DNA of 64,000 nt from the human T2T-CHM13v2.0 reference genome, Homo sapiens (GCA_009914755.4 CP068257.2:30304001-30368000), one strand, 5' to 3'. Counted from the first letter of the stretch, positions 1-14,119 are shown. Program-made: numbers and translations. Notes: generated by a model from the sequence alone, not told the origin.

Positions 1-286
1 TTTTTTCTTTTTCTTTTTTATTTTTTGAGATGGAGTCTCACTCTGTCGCCCTAGGCTGGAGCGCAGTGGCACAATTTTGGCTCACTGCAACCTCCGCCTC
101 CCGGGTTCAGGCGAGTAGCTGGGATTACAGGTGTGTGCCACCACGCCTGGCTAATTTTTGTATTTTTAGTAGAGACGGGGTTTCACCATTTTGGCCTGGC
201 TGGTCTTGAACTCCTGACTTCAGGTGATCAACCCGCCTCAGCTTCCCAAAGTGCTGGGATTATGGGTGTGAGCCACCGCGCCCAAC
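1..286 (-). mobile_element. Alu SINE (antisense orientation); its poly-T tail is truncated by the window start.
   Basis: gagatggagtctcactctgtcgccctaggctggagtgcagtggc ... gtgagccaccgcgcccaacc. Full dimeric Alu consensus in reverse complement. Confidence 0.9.
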
Positions 287-2922
287 CTTATTTCTTTTTA
301 TCACTGAATATGCCATTGTTTGGGTGTGCCAACGTTTGTTTATCCATTCTGCTGCTGAAGGACATCTTGGGTGCTTCCAGTTTGGGGAAAGAATGATTGA
401 AACTGCTATAAACATTTATGTCCATAAGTTTTCCACTCATTTAGGTAAATACCTAGGTAAAAGCTATTTTAAAAAATGAGATTTTAGTGCCTTTTGTCCT
501 AAAGTCTGGAAGAAAGTGTTCTCTCTCTTCCTATTGGATAAGTTACAAAGGACAGAGCAGGAAGTGGAAGTAAATAAAGCCAAAGGCTATTGAATGTTCT
601 TTTCTTTTGCGTGGGTAAGTACACTGATCTTTTGGACAGAGACAGAAGTAGCTCACCCTCCCATTAACTAGCCATGGAACCTTTAAGCAGTTGGATTGGT
701 TGTCACTGAAACCTTTTAGAAATCTGGACAAATAACCCAGGTTAACCAGGTTTATTCTGTGCATTTTTCTTAGGGGATGGGAGTTGGTTATAATGGGATG
801 CTATGGGTGGGAAGATAGTGACTTTGAACTGATTTTATTTTTTTCTCAGTTTGCCTAATAATTATTTTTAATATGTCCTGCCCTAGTTTTAGGACATTTC
901 CTAGATTTGAAAAGCGGATATTTTTTTTTCTTTTGCATTTTCTCTTATTTTTGGTCTTTCGTTTATATCATTCTTCTAATCACTGTGGTTGTTCTCTAGG
1001 CTTTTGTGGCCCCAGAATTACCCAACTTAGTTTTATTGTTCTTGGCAGTTGCTGTCTTTTACCTTGCCTCTTTAGGATGTTTTTCCCCACAGTATTTGCT
1101 CTGAACCAAATTTCTCCTTTAATGCCTTAGAGGGGCTTCCATTCTTCCCAGGCAAAGAGGGCTTAACTTCGTTTGAAACAAACTGTGGCCTTCCTTTAGA
1201 TTTAGAGAGTACTGCTGTTTATAATCAGGGCTCACGGAATCACAGTTTGGGATATTGCTGGCATACTATTTTGTGTATGCATGTGTGTGTTTCGGAATTA
1301 CTGTTTATGCCTGAATAGAAGTCAGGCTGATATTACATCTTCAGTATCTTCAGAAAAGAAGAAGTGCCTTACAGAGTCCTTGCAAGTCTCTCATATGATA
1401 AGGACACAATTTCAATCATAGTATTTTATTTTCAATAACAAAGTACTAGTTAGAGAAGACACATAAACCTTTATTTGGCTCACTGATGACTTTGGGTGCT
1501 CTAGAAATCACTCGAGGAACCCAGTAGGAAGGAAGGTAAAAGCATTTATGGGGCTTTAATAATAACTTCTAGAGATACGGCCTCTTGATTGTGAGAGTTT
1601 GAGAGACCAGTCTCAAAACAGTTCACTGAGTGGTTAATTTATGGAGATTTTAAATGGGTGTGTATGATTTGGGATAAGATTTCCAGCAAGTGCCTCATAT
1701 GCAAATTTTAAAAATACTTTATCTCAAATATCCAGTCACCTGAAAGATCATGTTACATTGAACCACTGCACAAGGACTCAAAAAGTCATCCTGGTTCTGC
1801 CTGTGACTAGTTTGAATAAAATTGTTTCATGAAATGTGACAGTGTGGAAACAGTATTTCTTAAATTAACTATGTTAACCTTTTAATGTATGGTCTTAAAT
1901 AGGAGGATGCAGCTTCAAAGATAAGTAGTATCAACAGTCATTTAATAATTCTATTGCATTCCTAAAAATTATACATTTGTGTTTTCCAAAAACCTTTTAC
2001 TGAGGGACAAAGTCTTCCTGTTGGAAAAGCGAGGATATCACTGTATATTTGGAGTCACCCTATATTTGGACACGTGATATCTTTAAAAGGCAGACACAGT
2101 TTTGAAGTATTCTGTGTATTGTTTCATTTGGAGTGAAGGGAAAGTATGTAATTCTTCTTCCCATTGGTGGGCACATTGGATTGGGGAATGTCTGTTTATA
2201 TCCCCAGTTTGAACATGGATCTTCCTTCTCAGCCAGTGCCCAGCCTTAAGGCTATTGGCAACTTTGAATCTGTTGGACACCTTTTAGAGTTCACCTTTTT
2301 TTCTGCATTTGACTCCTTAATTCTTACCATCTTGTAGTCCTGCCCTTCCTGTGACAACAGCCTGGCTGACATAACCCCTGCCCACCCCGCAACTGTTCTT
2401 TCCCAGTTTGCTGTGAATGCCAGTGTTCCCCACCAGCCTGTTGGGTCTTTCCCCCGCACCAGTTCTCTGCCCTCACCTTCACAATCTCACGTCCTTTCAA
2501 GGCTTCAGCATCTGCCCATATTGAGGTTGAAAACTGGTAGCCTGCAAGGTTGGGGTTATGGTTGTTTTAAATATGAGTTTGTTGCCAACATTTAAAAATT
2601 GAGATCAAATCCAGACCTCTGGCTTCTTCTGTAGAATGAGGTGAGCTGGCAGTGTTGGGACCGAGCCGTGAGTAGCTGTCCCCGTTAGTGGGGCACTGCT
2701 GTCCTGTTTGCCACAGCCAGTCCTAGCTATCGCTCCTTTTTGTTTCAGACATTGACGTAGTGTATCAGTTGCCGTTTTTGTTTTAACATGATTACGCCAT
2801 TCAGTTCCCTACAATAGAGATAAGAGGAAAAAGAAACATTTCTCTTGCCTATCTCTCTATTCAAAAGTGAGAAAATAAAAGCTGGACCAAGAATGGTATG
2901 TTTAAAAACGGTGGAAGAGAAC

Positions 2923-2978
2923 GTGTGTTTGTATGTGTGTGTTTGTGTGTGTCTGTGTGTGTGCGTGTGTGTAAGAGT
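2923..2978. repeat. Interrupted (TG)n microsatellite.
   Basis: gtgtgtttgtatgtgtgtgtttgtgtgtgtctgtgtgtgtgcgtgtgtgtaagagtg. Confidence 0.9.
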
Positions 2979-3590
2979 GTTTTTACATAGTTAACATTCA
3001 AGGTATGCCTGCATTGGCAGGCTACAATTTAAGATGCCAGAGCTGATAATAATTGACCTAGATGGTTTTGATGTCCAAGTACATCCTTTGCCCACATAAA
3101 TACTTCTGCTTCTGAAATCTCAAATGATCTCATCAGTAATCTGGATTCATTGGTATTTACTGAGTACCTGGAATGTGCAAAAGTACTGGGGTGCAATGGG
3201 AAGCAGGGTAGACATGTTTCCTGCCTTCTAGGAGCTTACAGTCGCAGGCGCAGACACCAGAGACACCTCACACTCAACATGACCCTGGGCTCATTTCTCC
3301 CTTCCACCTCCTCCCGTCACCTCAGTGTCAATGCATGGCATCACCCATTATCTGATTAGCAATCTTCATTCCATCTGGAACTTAATTCCCTTGAGCTCTG
3401 TAAAGTTAACATGTTCTCGGGTGTGACAGCAGGAATTAGGACACCAACATCTTTGGAGTCCATTATTTTGCCCATGATAATATCTGCCTGCTAAATAGAT
3501 TAACTTATCATCACCTGCCAGTTTGTTATGACCCTTGGGCTCCAAACATGGAGGTCACTGGACTCATCAATTAAGTTGGCTTTCATGTGT

Positions 3591-3899
<309 letters not shown>

Positions 3900-4354
3900 T
3901 CATGTGTTGTTTTTTTTTTTTTTTTTAAATTGCTTCCCCAAATCTGATGTTGCTCATAGTGTCACCAACCCAGGGCCACATTCATATGAAATATTTGCCT
4001 GGCCGCTCAGGCTGTGCCATCTTGAGTGATGTGTTCCTCTCTCCCCACACCCTGGTTCTGCTTAACTTCCAGGTTCCAGTTTAGGTCTTGCTTTTTCCAG
4101 AAACTTTTCATGATCCCTTCTGTCCTCTTTGCTGTCTGTCATGTCTGAAATTCTTCAGCTTTTATAGTCTACAGCAATTAATTATTAATATATCATGTCT
4201 TTTAAATATTTACTTGTTGATTGAGTTTTGGCAGAAAGCTTTATGGGTTGGTTAGAAATGGCTCTAAAAACAGTTCATTTCCCTTCAGAAGCAAAAGGTA
4301 ATTCCATTATTTCGAATGCTTATCTGAAATGCTGTGTGGTTTTGTTTATTTCAG

Positions 4355-4410
4355 AGACTTGAAGATAGAGAATTTGCTACTAGATGAAGACAATAATATC
4401 AAGCTGATTG
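4355..4410 (+). CDS. HUNK: Ser/Thr kinase coding exon (HUNK, kinase subdomain VIb catalytic loop), 56 nt. The first nucleotide completes the Arg codon of H-R-D. Encodes DLKIENLLLDEDNNIKLI. The last nucleotide g begins Asp of DFG.
   Basis: Acceptor tttgtttatttcag at 4341-4354 with a pyrimidine tract. Donor gtatga at 4411. The translation RDLKIENLLLDEDNNIKLI is the canonical HRDLKxEN catalytic loop. The reading frame joins exactly to the DFG exon at 10227. The sequence matches my memory of HUNK. Confidence 0.85.
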
Positions 4411-5462
4411 GTATGACTTTTTTTTTTTTTAAGCAAAAGTATCTTTTAAGTGTTGTGTTGTCAGTTCTCAACTTTGAAAATTATCCATGGTCTATCTCTA
4501 ATACCCAGACAATATTCTAGATTATCTTCTTTTACCTCCAATATTTAATAATGGTTTTGAAAATGGGTCATGTGTTTCCTTGTCTTATTCAAACTATAGC
4601 TTCTCCATAAATTCAGATGGAGCTGACCTTTTGTAGAATTTATTTTTATTTGGATTAACTGGAAAACTTCTTTAAAATAGTGAAAGATAGTTTGGCTTAG
4701 AAATGCTTCCCATAGCTTCGCCATATCTCATTCCACTTCTTGGTGAATGCAGGGATGCCTAAAGTAAGGGAGAATGCAATTGACCTTCTCTTTTTAATAC
4801 AATCTTTATTCAGGCTTGTTGGTACAATGGGAGCTGTGCAGAGAAGTCCCCACAAAGGGATAATTAGAAGTCTGAACCAATCAGAAGGAAGCTACAAGAT
4901 GGGGCATCATAATTGGTTCATAATTCATGGTCCATAGCAAATTCACTGCACAACTCGTTTTCTAGACGAATTCAGGTGGTTCTGTTGTTGTTATTTTCTC
5001 CCTCTGTGGTCGCTCTGGGCAGAATTCAGGGCATCATTTTTATATCCAGATATTAAATGGCACCATCTTTTATTCCCCTCTTTTCTTTTTTCTCCCACCT
5101 CAGATGCAAGTAATTTCTTTTACCTCAATGGCTTGAAAAGACTTTATATGAGGGGAAAAGAGAAGGATCAATAGGACTTTGTGAATTTAACTTTTATGCC
5201 CAAGAAGGAACTTTTGTTTGACAAATGCTGAAAGTCATTACAAGATTCTCCAAAACACATCATTAAAATGACTTATTAGATATTTTGGGATTACAGTCAG
5301 CTCCCAATTCAGTACTGGGCAAGAGGATGCACAGACTCTGGATAATTAAACACCACTGATAGGTGTTGATGGATACACTTATTACTAGAGAGTTAATCGT
5401 GAAGAGGAAACCAATTTTTCCCCAAAAGCATTTAGAAGAATCTATTCTTAGAAGATTCTTAG

Positions 5463-5832
<370 letters not shown>

Positions 5833-6121
5833 TAGTTGTCTTGAGGGGCCAAGTGCAGAAGCTGGAAAACAAGGCACTCGTGTTGAAATGCTTGCAGGAA
5901 GTCTCTCTGGTCCTCATTTCCGAGATCTGGAGTGTTAAACAAAGGGGCCTCCTGGTGTGGGGTAGGGAATGGAGGAAAGGAGTTTTTTGTTTTAGGTTCC
6001 CTGTAACTGTTCTTTGGAAAATGTGGAGGTGACAGTGATAGAGTTGTCCTAACAGCACCAGAGACTATAAAAGAACAGACTTTGTAACAGCAGTATTTAT
6101 ATGACAATAAAAGTTAGAATA

Positions 6122-6548
<427 letters not shown>

Positions 6549-8192
6549 CTAGGTGACCACTGACAGAACTATCTTGTGGAATAAGCAATGGTGAAATGCA
6601 CAGACCTTTTTATTGGTTGGACGTTTGCTCAGGGGATTCTAGGAAAACCAATCATTTCACTGCTGCAATCGGTGGATGCATTTATAAGGAGCTCACGGAT
6701 TGGTTGAGTAATAGAACCTCTTAGAGGAGACCTGTCCAGTCAAGTGAGGAAATTATACACCTAAATCAGAGCCCACCCCTTCCCCTCTTGCTGCATGTTA
6801 TGGTCACTCTTTGGGTGCCAGGAACCATTTTATTCAAATCTCTCAGAGTCATCACCTCTCTGCTGGCAATGGCTGGGTGGGCACTACAAAGACATTTTAG
6901 GTATTTGGGACAAAATCGGCTCCTTCAGAAAGCAGGATGCCCGCACCTGCTAGAAAGGAGGCAGTGACCATTGGATTTCCCTTTGTTAAAGATGCCAATT
7001 TGGTTGCCAGTTCTCTACTGAGCAGTGGAAACTGAGGAACCCTACCTCATACCTGCCCCGAGAGAGAGACCTTAGACCACACCTGAGGGCTGGTAGGAAC
7101 TGCATTTTGTTAAGAAAGAACCGCATTTCCGGAAGGCATGGAGGGAGAGATGAAGGCCCAGTGTGTTGTGAGGTTTCTTGCCCCTGGGTTGGGCAATTTA
7201 GATCAAAGATCTTCCAACTCCTGTCTTTTTTGTAAGTTGAAAGCTCTTTGAACCTTCTTTTCTTCAAAGGCATTACCTACTTTTTTTTTTCAAAGGTGAT
7301 TATAGCTATTATGATTGCCTCTTAATAGTTTCTCTTTCTTTGAAAGAATTTGGTTTAAATAAATCTACTTAAGCCATGTTTCAAATTAACTAGAATTACC
7401 AGGAGTAAGATTTGATTTAATCAGGAGGTTTTTTTTCCCTTTCAAAAAAAGCAGTCTGATGTCTGGTAAGTTTAATCTTAAAATGGAAGAGCTGCAACTT
7501 AGGAGAGTTTTGCACTTCAGTATTCCAAAACAGGTTCACTTGGGCGTTTTGTGAGATTCATTCTGTAGCTCTCAGAAAATTGAGTCGTCGTTGGTTGATA
7601 TATTTACCAAACCTAATTGAGACAGACCCATGTGACATTGCTGGGAGGTGGCCTTCTCTCAAGTTCCACAATTCCAATTATAGGCAGATGTGTACAGTTT
7701 TAATAATTTCAATTATGAATGTGAAGCAAACTGGTTGTTTCTCTACAAATATATTTTAAATCAAACCCTTTTGGCTAGATCAACATAAGTTGCTTAACAT
7801 GCAGATTCTCTCTCTTCCACCTCCCAGATCCTCTGCTAAGTTTTCTTCTTGAAACTGTGCTCAAGATAAGGCCAGACTGTTCCCAAACTTGCCTGGGATG
7901 GTGGAGGGTGATCTGGCCTCTTATCTCTCTCTCTGCCCTCTTCTGAGAACAAGTCCTTCTTTCTGGACCTCAGGTCTCAGGGTGGTGAGGAAGTGAACAG
8001 ATCGAGGCAGCCCTTTGCTGTGAAGGGACTGCTTTGAGATTAGGAACAGAGTCTTTTGCTTTGATCTCAGAAGTTTAGAGATAACAATTTCCAGGACTCT
8101 GATGAAATTGGGCCTCCCCAGCTATTATTGTGTTTATTTGATGGTGCTGTCTCTCACAGTAGGTGCTCCTCACACATTTGTTTGTTCATTAA

Positions 8193-8681
<489 letters not shown>

Positions 8682-10124
8682 TAAGGTGGGAATCCAGAGA
8701 CAGTCCCACACCCATGACTCCTGAAGGACTTATCTGGGACAGGGTTTGTGGGGTCTATGGGTCTGGCTGGGTTGATGGGAAAGGAAATGGGGTGTGGGGG
8801 GAGGGTTGGGGAGGGAAGAGTAAGGGAGTCAAGGAGGAGAAGGGGAGGGAGGTTAAGGGAGAAATATGGAATCATAAAAAAACAAAAGAAGAGCTCAGTG
8901 TTTGGACATGCAGCATGCCTGGTTGGTTTGCTTGCCATTCCCTCTTATAGTTTGGGCTGAAGAGTCTGGGTGATATTTAGAGTCTTCAAGAGTTTTCTGA
9001 GCTCTGCTTAGATGAGATTCTTTTTAGAAAAGCTTAACGCAATGACTTTTGGAAAACATTTTGGCTGTGACATCTTGATCCATGGTGTGCAATTAACTTC
9101 ACAGACTGGACTGTATTTCTCCTTCCCTGAGATTTCCTACAACGTTCCTAATGGTCATGTGCCTTGCAGGTGGAGACATGTTAGAGTGAGGTGAGAATAC
9201 ATTCGTGAAACTGGACATAAATACTGCCGATTGAGAAAGTGCGAGAGTTTTGTTCAAGACTGGAAGCCTGTCTCTGCCTGAGCCCTGCAGCCCGAGTCTT
9301 CTGTTTGTGGGGGATGGACCATAATATTTACATTGAAGTTCAAAGGATGAGCTGCGATCTTAATTCTGAGATCAACAAAGATTAAGGAAAGATTCAGATG
9401 AGGGCATAACAGTAACAGCTCTTTAATTACCTGTCAGTTTCAGTATCTTTAAGATCAAAAGATAAACATGGCGCAGAAGGCATAATAGACCCAAAGTCAC
9501 TCGATGCAGTGGGCTTTCTCCCCCCTCTTCCTGGGCATCTTAATCATCCAGGAACAAAGCAGTGCCATGAGGTCGCTTAGTCTAGTTTGCATTGCCATCT
9601 TTCTGGTGCTACTTTTCCAGCCAGCATTCAGGGTTGTTTAAACTGTTGGGTGTATTTTTCCCCTCTTCAAGTCACTATATGTGCTGCATAACTTAGGGGG
9701 AATTTTTAAAAGACTTTCATGAAACGAAAACATTCAGCTGAAAAAGTCAACTGTAAGTGGCTGGATTGCATGTCACTGAGGGTGACACAGGCAGCCAGAG
9801 AGAATCAATCTTCCCTCATCTTTTCCCCACTTGGCAGCTTGGGAGCTAACTCAAATCCCCTCTGCTTGTTCTTTCTTCCTGCCTTCATCCTAGAAAGCGA
9901 ATTCTCTCTTTTTTTCCTGGATGACTCATTTAAAAGATTGGATGGAAATAGGTTTTAGTTCAGCATACTGTTTGCTCTAACTGGCTTTAACAGTGAGGCC
10001 CGATGTCAAATGCTCTCAGCTAAGCCAGGGAATTCTTTTGCCTTGAGTCTCGTATCCAGACGTTATGGTTTGCAGCTGCTACAGTTTTCTTTAGGATGCT
10101 AAATGATGTGTTAGCCTGAGAGAA

Positions 10125-10226
10125 TGTTTCCTTTCCTGCTGCCCTTTTTATTTTTCCTTTTGTTCCTCCCTCTTCATTTCCGCAGTTTTCTAATTCGGAG
10201 CTTGTTTTGTTCACCTCTCTTTGCAG
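10125..10226 (+). promoter_or_regulatory. Extended (~100 nt) polypyrimidine tract ending in the 3' splice site of the DFG exon.
   Basis: tgtttcctttcctgctgcccttttttatttttccttttgttcctccctcttcatttccgcagttttctaattcggagcttgttttgttcacctctctttgcag is ~85% C/T. An internal cag at ~10182-10184 is followed by a further pyrimidine run. Confidence 0.6.
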
Positions 10227-10362
10227 ACTTTGGTTTGAGCAACTGCGCAGGGATCCTGGGTTACTCGGATCCGTTCAGCACACAGTGTGGCAGCCCTGCC
10301 TACGCTGCACCTGAACTGCTCGCCAGGAAGAAATACGGCCCCAAAATCGATGTCTGGTCCAT
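10227..10362 (+). CDS. HUNK: Kinase coding exon (subdomains VII-VIII, DFG...APE activation segment), 136 nt. Encodes (D)[44 protein letters not shown](I).
   Basis: An ~100-nt polypyrimidine tract precedes the acceptor ttgcag (10221-10226). Donor gtgagt at 10363. The DFG and APE motifs are in frame. Phase 2 in and phase 2 out, consistent with both neighbouring exons. Confidence 0.9.
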
Positions 10363-10813
10363 GTGAGTTATCAAGCTTCTGAAAGTCAGTGTTCCTCCTG
10401 CTGTCTCCACCGTGCCTTCCTTATGAAATCATGCCTGAGTATTGGATGGCATGTATAGGTGACAGGCCCAGGAGTATGTCATCAGGGATTCTTTGGGGCC
10501 TGGCTTTCCATCTCTGTTCCTTCTGTTTTTTTCTGCACAAACTGTCAGAGTGGCCTTTACCAAAATTCACTGCGGTGCTGAGAAGAGAAGAAAACCACGT
10601 CCTGCCCTCACAGAGCTCACATTCTGGCTCTGCGACTCATTTATGCCCCATCCTCCTGCCCTTAGCTTCCCATCGCCCTCTGTGTGAAGCTCCATCCTGC
10701 TGCCTGGCCTGTGCTCCTTGCGGGACTTGCTCGCCCATCTCTCCTACCCCCTGTCCTGCTCACAGTTCTTCAGACATATTGACCTCCCTTTTGTCGCTCC
10801 CACCTCTGGGCTT

Positions 10814-11104
10814 GTTTTTTTTTGAGGCAGAGTCTTTCTCTGTCGCCCAGGCTAGAGTGCAGTCGTGTGATCTCAGCTCACTGCAACCTCCCCTTCCCAG
10901 GTTCAAGTGATTACCCTGCCTCAGCCTCCCAAGTAGCTGAGATTACAGGCATGCACCACCATGCCCAGCTAATTTTTGTATTTTTAGTGGAGACGAAGTT
11001 TCACCATGTTGGCCAGGCTGGTCTCAAACTCCTGACCTCAGGTGAACCACCCGCCTCGGCCTCCCAAAGTGCTGGCATTACCGGCATGAGCCACGCGCCC
11101 GGCC
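10814..11104 (-). mobile_element. Alu SINE. It lies immediately upstream of the 38-bp minisatellite.
   Basis: Poly-T then gaggcagagtctttctctgtcgcccaggctagagtgcagtcg ... ggcatgagccacgcgcccggcc. Confidence 0.9.
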
Positions 11105-11157
11105 GTTCACTGGTGATGCCTGGAATGTCCTTTCCCAGCTCTTTGGATGGCCTGCGG

Positions 11158-11613
11158 ATTCCCACATCCCATTCTCAAGCCAGTGGCACCTGCACATTCC
11201 CACATCCCATTCTCAAGCCAGTGGCGCCTGCGCATTCCCACATCCCAGGCTCAAGCCAGTGGCGCCTGCGCATTCCCATATCCCAGTCTCAAACCAGTGG
11301 CGCCTATGCATTCCCACAGCCCATTCTCAAGCCATTGGCGCCTGCGCATTCCCACATCCCAGGCTCAAGCCAGTGGCGCCTGCGCATTCCCACATCCCAG
11401 TCTCAAGCCAGTGGCGCCTGCGCATTCCCACATCCCAGTCTCAAGCCAGTGGCGCCTGCGCATTCCCACATCCCGGGCTCAAGCCAGTGGCGCCTGCGCA
11501 TTCCCACATCCCGGGCTCAAGCCAGTGGCGCCTGCGCATTCCCACATCCCAGTCTCAAGCCAGTGGCGCCTACGCATTCCCACATCCCATTCTCAAGCCA
11601 ATGGCGTCACTGC
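11158..11613. repeat. Minisatellite: 12 tandem copies of a 38-bp unit (consensus attcccacatcccagtctcaagccagtggcgcctgcgc), head-to-tail with no spacers.
   Basis: Exact 38-nt periodicity from 11158 (units at 11158, 11196, 11234 ... 11576). Units are ~90-100% identical. Variants cca(t/g)(t/g)ctc and g(c/a)cctgc(a/g)c. The final unit is degenerate. Confidence 0.95.
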
Positions 11614-12149
11614 CGAGATCATTTCTGAGCTCCCTGCCAGGGAGTCCCCCGTACTCTGTCCTCACCCTTTTAATTTCGTTCTCGGCACCTCTCAATGCCT
11701 GTCCTTTTCCTGTTTTAAATCCATTCCTCTCCTGTCTCCCCAGCCAGCAAGGACTCTGCACGAAGGGAGGGAATTGGTTGGTCTGGTTCACCATTTTGTT
11801 CCCAGGGTCTGGTACAGGAAGGGCCACCAGGGGTAAGCACAATAAATATTTGGAGGATGAATCCTCAGTTGCACCAAAGGTAGAGCCTGGGTCCCCCATG
11901 GTCCCAGTGAGTCACCCCCTCCACCATCCCCTGTCAGTGATGGTACAGGGTCAGTTCAGAGTCTTGGATTCTTGGATAGGACTCAATCCTTTGCCATAGG
12001 GAAATGGGCTGTAGAGAGAGTGAGGTTCTGATTAAGATATAGACGAGAAAGACTCGTTTGCGTGAAGGGTGTGTTGATCCGGAGTATTTCTGGAATTCCC
12101 CTGCATCTCTTCATATTCACTGTAACCCCCTTGTCCAGGTTGGCAGAAA

Positions 12150-12370
12150 AGCTAACGCTTACTTAGTGCTTGATGTGTGCCAGACACCATGTCACTTAGT
12201 TTCACAATGACCCAGTGCAATCATTACTCTCTATTACCCTATTTTATGGAAGAAGAAACCCATCATAAGAGAAATGAATAAAATCGCCCAAGGTCATAGA
12301 GCTGCTAAGTGGTAGAGTGGGATTTGAACCAAGCAGTGTCCTTTCAGGGTCTCAAGATACAGCCCCAGCT
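12150..12370 (-). mobile_element. MIR (ancient tRNA-derived SINE) fragment.
   Basis: ...gaagaaacccatcataagagaaatgaataaaatcgcccaaggtcatagagctgctaagtggtagagtgggatttgaaccaagcagtgtcc matches the reverse complement of the MIR core (acttgcccaaggtcacacagctagtaagtggcagagctgggattcgaaccc). Confidence 0.65.
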
Positions 12371-12775
12371 CTCCAACGTGGCGTGTGGGGACCCTTGCTT
12401 GCCCTGTGGCCTCGCTGAAGGCATGCCCACTCCCCTCCTCTCCCCATCCATTCTCTGGCTAACCTGGCATTGTTTCCTATTCCCTGAACACAGCCTGCTC
12501 CTGCTACATTCCAGCCCTTACATGCACAGTTCCTTCGGCCTGGAACCCTCTCTTTTTCCCTCTTGTGTTGTTGGGTGCAGGTTCCTCTGGGCAGCCCTCT
12601 GTGTCTCCAGCTGGCTGGCTTTGAGGCCCTCCCATGTACCCTCCAGTGCCTGGCTATCTGTGTTCCTGGGCCTCACCGTGAGGTCTCAGTCCACCTGCTG
12701 GAACCCTCTGGGCTGTAGCTGAGGGGGCAGGGACCACTTGGCTCACTCCCAGGATTTCCTCAGCACCTGGTGGAA

Positions 12776-12900
12776 CTTGGAGGAAGGGAGGGAGGAGAAA
12801 AAGGAGGTGGGAAGGAGGAGAGAGGAAGGAGAAAGGAAAGGAAGGACGGAGGGAGGGAGGAAGGAAGAGAAAAGGGAAAGAGGGACAGGAGGAAGGAGCA
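12776..12900. repeat. Purine-rich (GGA/GAA/GGGA) low-complexity tract, ~125 bp.
   Basis: ggaggaagggagggaggagaaaaaggaggtgggaaggaggagagaggaaggagaaaggaaaggaaggacggagggagggaggaaggaagag... It is almost pure R on the + strand. Confidence 0.9.
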
Positions 12901-13765
12901 GGCATTTCATCCAGGGAAACAGAAGCTGGAAGGTCAGGGCTGAAGCTGGCTGAGAAAGCAAGCAGAGGAATGTGGGTCAGCTCAAGGCTCTAGAAGCGAG
13001 ATGAGCTCAGGATGTTCCGGTTGGAGATTGAGAAGAAACAGACCAGAATGAGATGTGGAGAGATAAAGAATTCCTGGAACTTTCCCAGAAGGGGCCGACT
13101 CTTCTGGAACCCTGGCTAAGAGGACCTGCTTGTCAGCGAGGAGGTGAAACACGTCAGGAATCAGCTGCTGCTCCTGAGCGGGCTGGGTGCCCTGGTTAGT
13201 CACCCCTGAACCTCAGGGCAGTCCTGTGAGACACATCTCTTGCCCCCAGTTTGCACGGATAGAAGAGAGTGGTGAGCACTGCCTAGAGGCACACACGAGC
13301 CCGAATGTAGTGGAGCCGCACTTTGCTGAAGGCTGGGCTCCCAGTTACTTTGCAGGTGTGGTCTGGTGTGCAGGCTGCATATGGGGTGTGTGTGGTGTGC
13401 TGATGACGGGCCCAGGTGGGCTGGGGTCATGTGGAGCTAGTGGAATGGAGCAGGGAGCAGCAGAGGATGCCTTCTCTTCTAGGGCATTGCTAGTCATAGA
13501 CTTCACTTCTGAGAAGGCCTCTGAATCCCCCTCAACACAGCCCCTCCCGGCAGCTAATGCCAGTGGATCAGAGTTGTATATGGGAGGAAATCCATTATGG
13601 ATTTCTTCCAACCCTTAAGAACTCTCAAAGGTGTCTGGCACACTGTCTTCCCTCAATAAATATGTATTGAGTGGATGAATATGAATATGTGGGTCTATAA
13701 TCACTTTCTTAACAGTTAGAGAAGTCATTTATGCTAAATGGGAAGCTATGAGAGGAAGAATTTGT

Positions 13766-13800
13766 GCACACACACACACACACACGCACACAAAAGCACA
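13766..13800. repeat. (CA)n microsatellite.
   Basis: gcacacacacacacacacacgcacacaaaagcaca. Confidence 0.9.
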
Positions 13801-13835
13801 AAAGGCTATGGGAGCCTGAAAGACCAAGAGGTCCC

Positions 13836-14090
13836 CTGTCTTAGTCTGTCTTTTGTTGCTGCAAAGGAATACCTGAGGCTGGGTCATTCATAAGGAAAAG
13901 AGCTCTATTTGGCTCATGGTTCTGCAGGCTGTACAAGAAGCATGGTGGCAGCATCGGCTTCTGGTGAGGCCCCAGGCCGCTTCCACTCATGGTGGGAGGT
14001 GCGGGGGACCAGTGTGTGCAGAGATCACATGGTGGGAGAGGAAGCAAGAGAGAGGGGAGGTGCCAGGCTCTTTGTAATGATCAGCATGTA
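13836..14090 (+). mobile_element. MaLR/ERVL-type LTR fragment (MST/MLT-like solo LTR).
   Basis: tgtcttagtctgtcttttgttgctgcaaaggaatacctgaggctgggtcattcataaggaaaagagctctatttggctcatggttctgcaggctgtacaagaagcatggtggc... This resembles the 5' part of the MaLR LTR consensus. Confidence 0.55.
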
Positions 14091-14119
14091 TTGACTCATC
14101 CTATCTGCCTAACAACCCT

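Noticed and set aside
11158-11613. Possible CRISPR-like array (a prompt-driven check) because of regularly spaced 38-bp repeats.
   Set aside because: The repeats abut directly with no unique spacers. The context is a human intron flanked by Alu elements, and no cas-like ORFs are present. This is a minisatellite.
10822-11999. Three long overlapping + strand ORFs (268, 229 and 246 aa) that look like a repetitive P/S/H-rich protein.
   Set aside because: All three are the same 38-bp minisatellite read in the three forward frames (38 is not divisible by 3, and the unit has no stops in any frame). They start inside an Alu or the repeat. There is no splice context and no coding exon continuity. This is a repeat artefact, not a gene.
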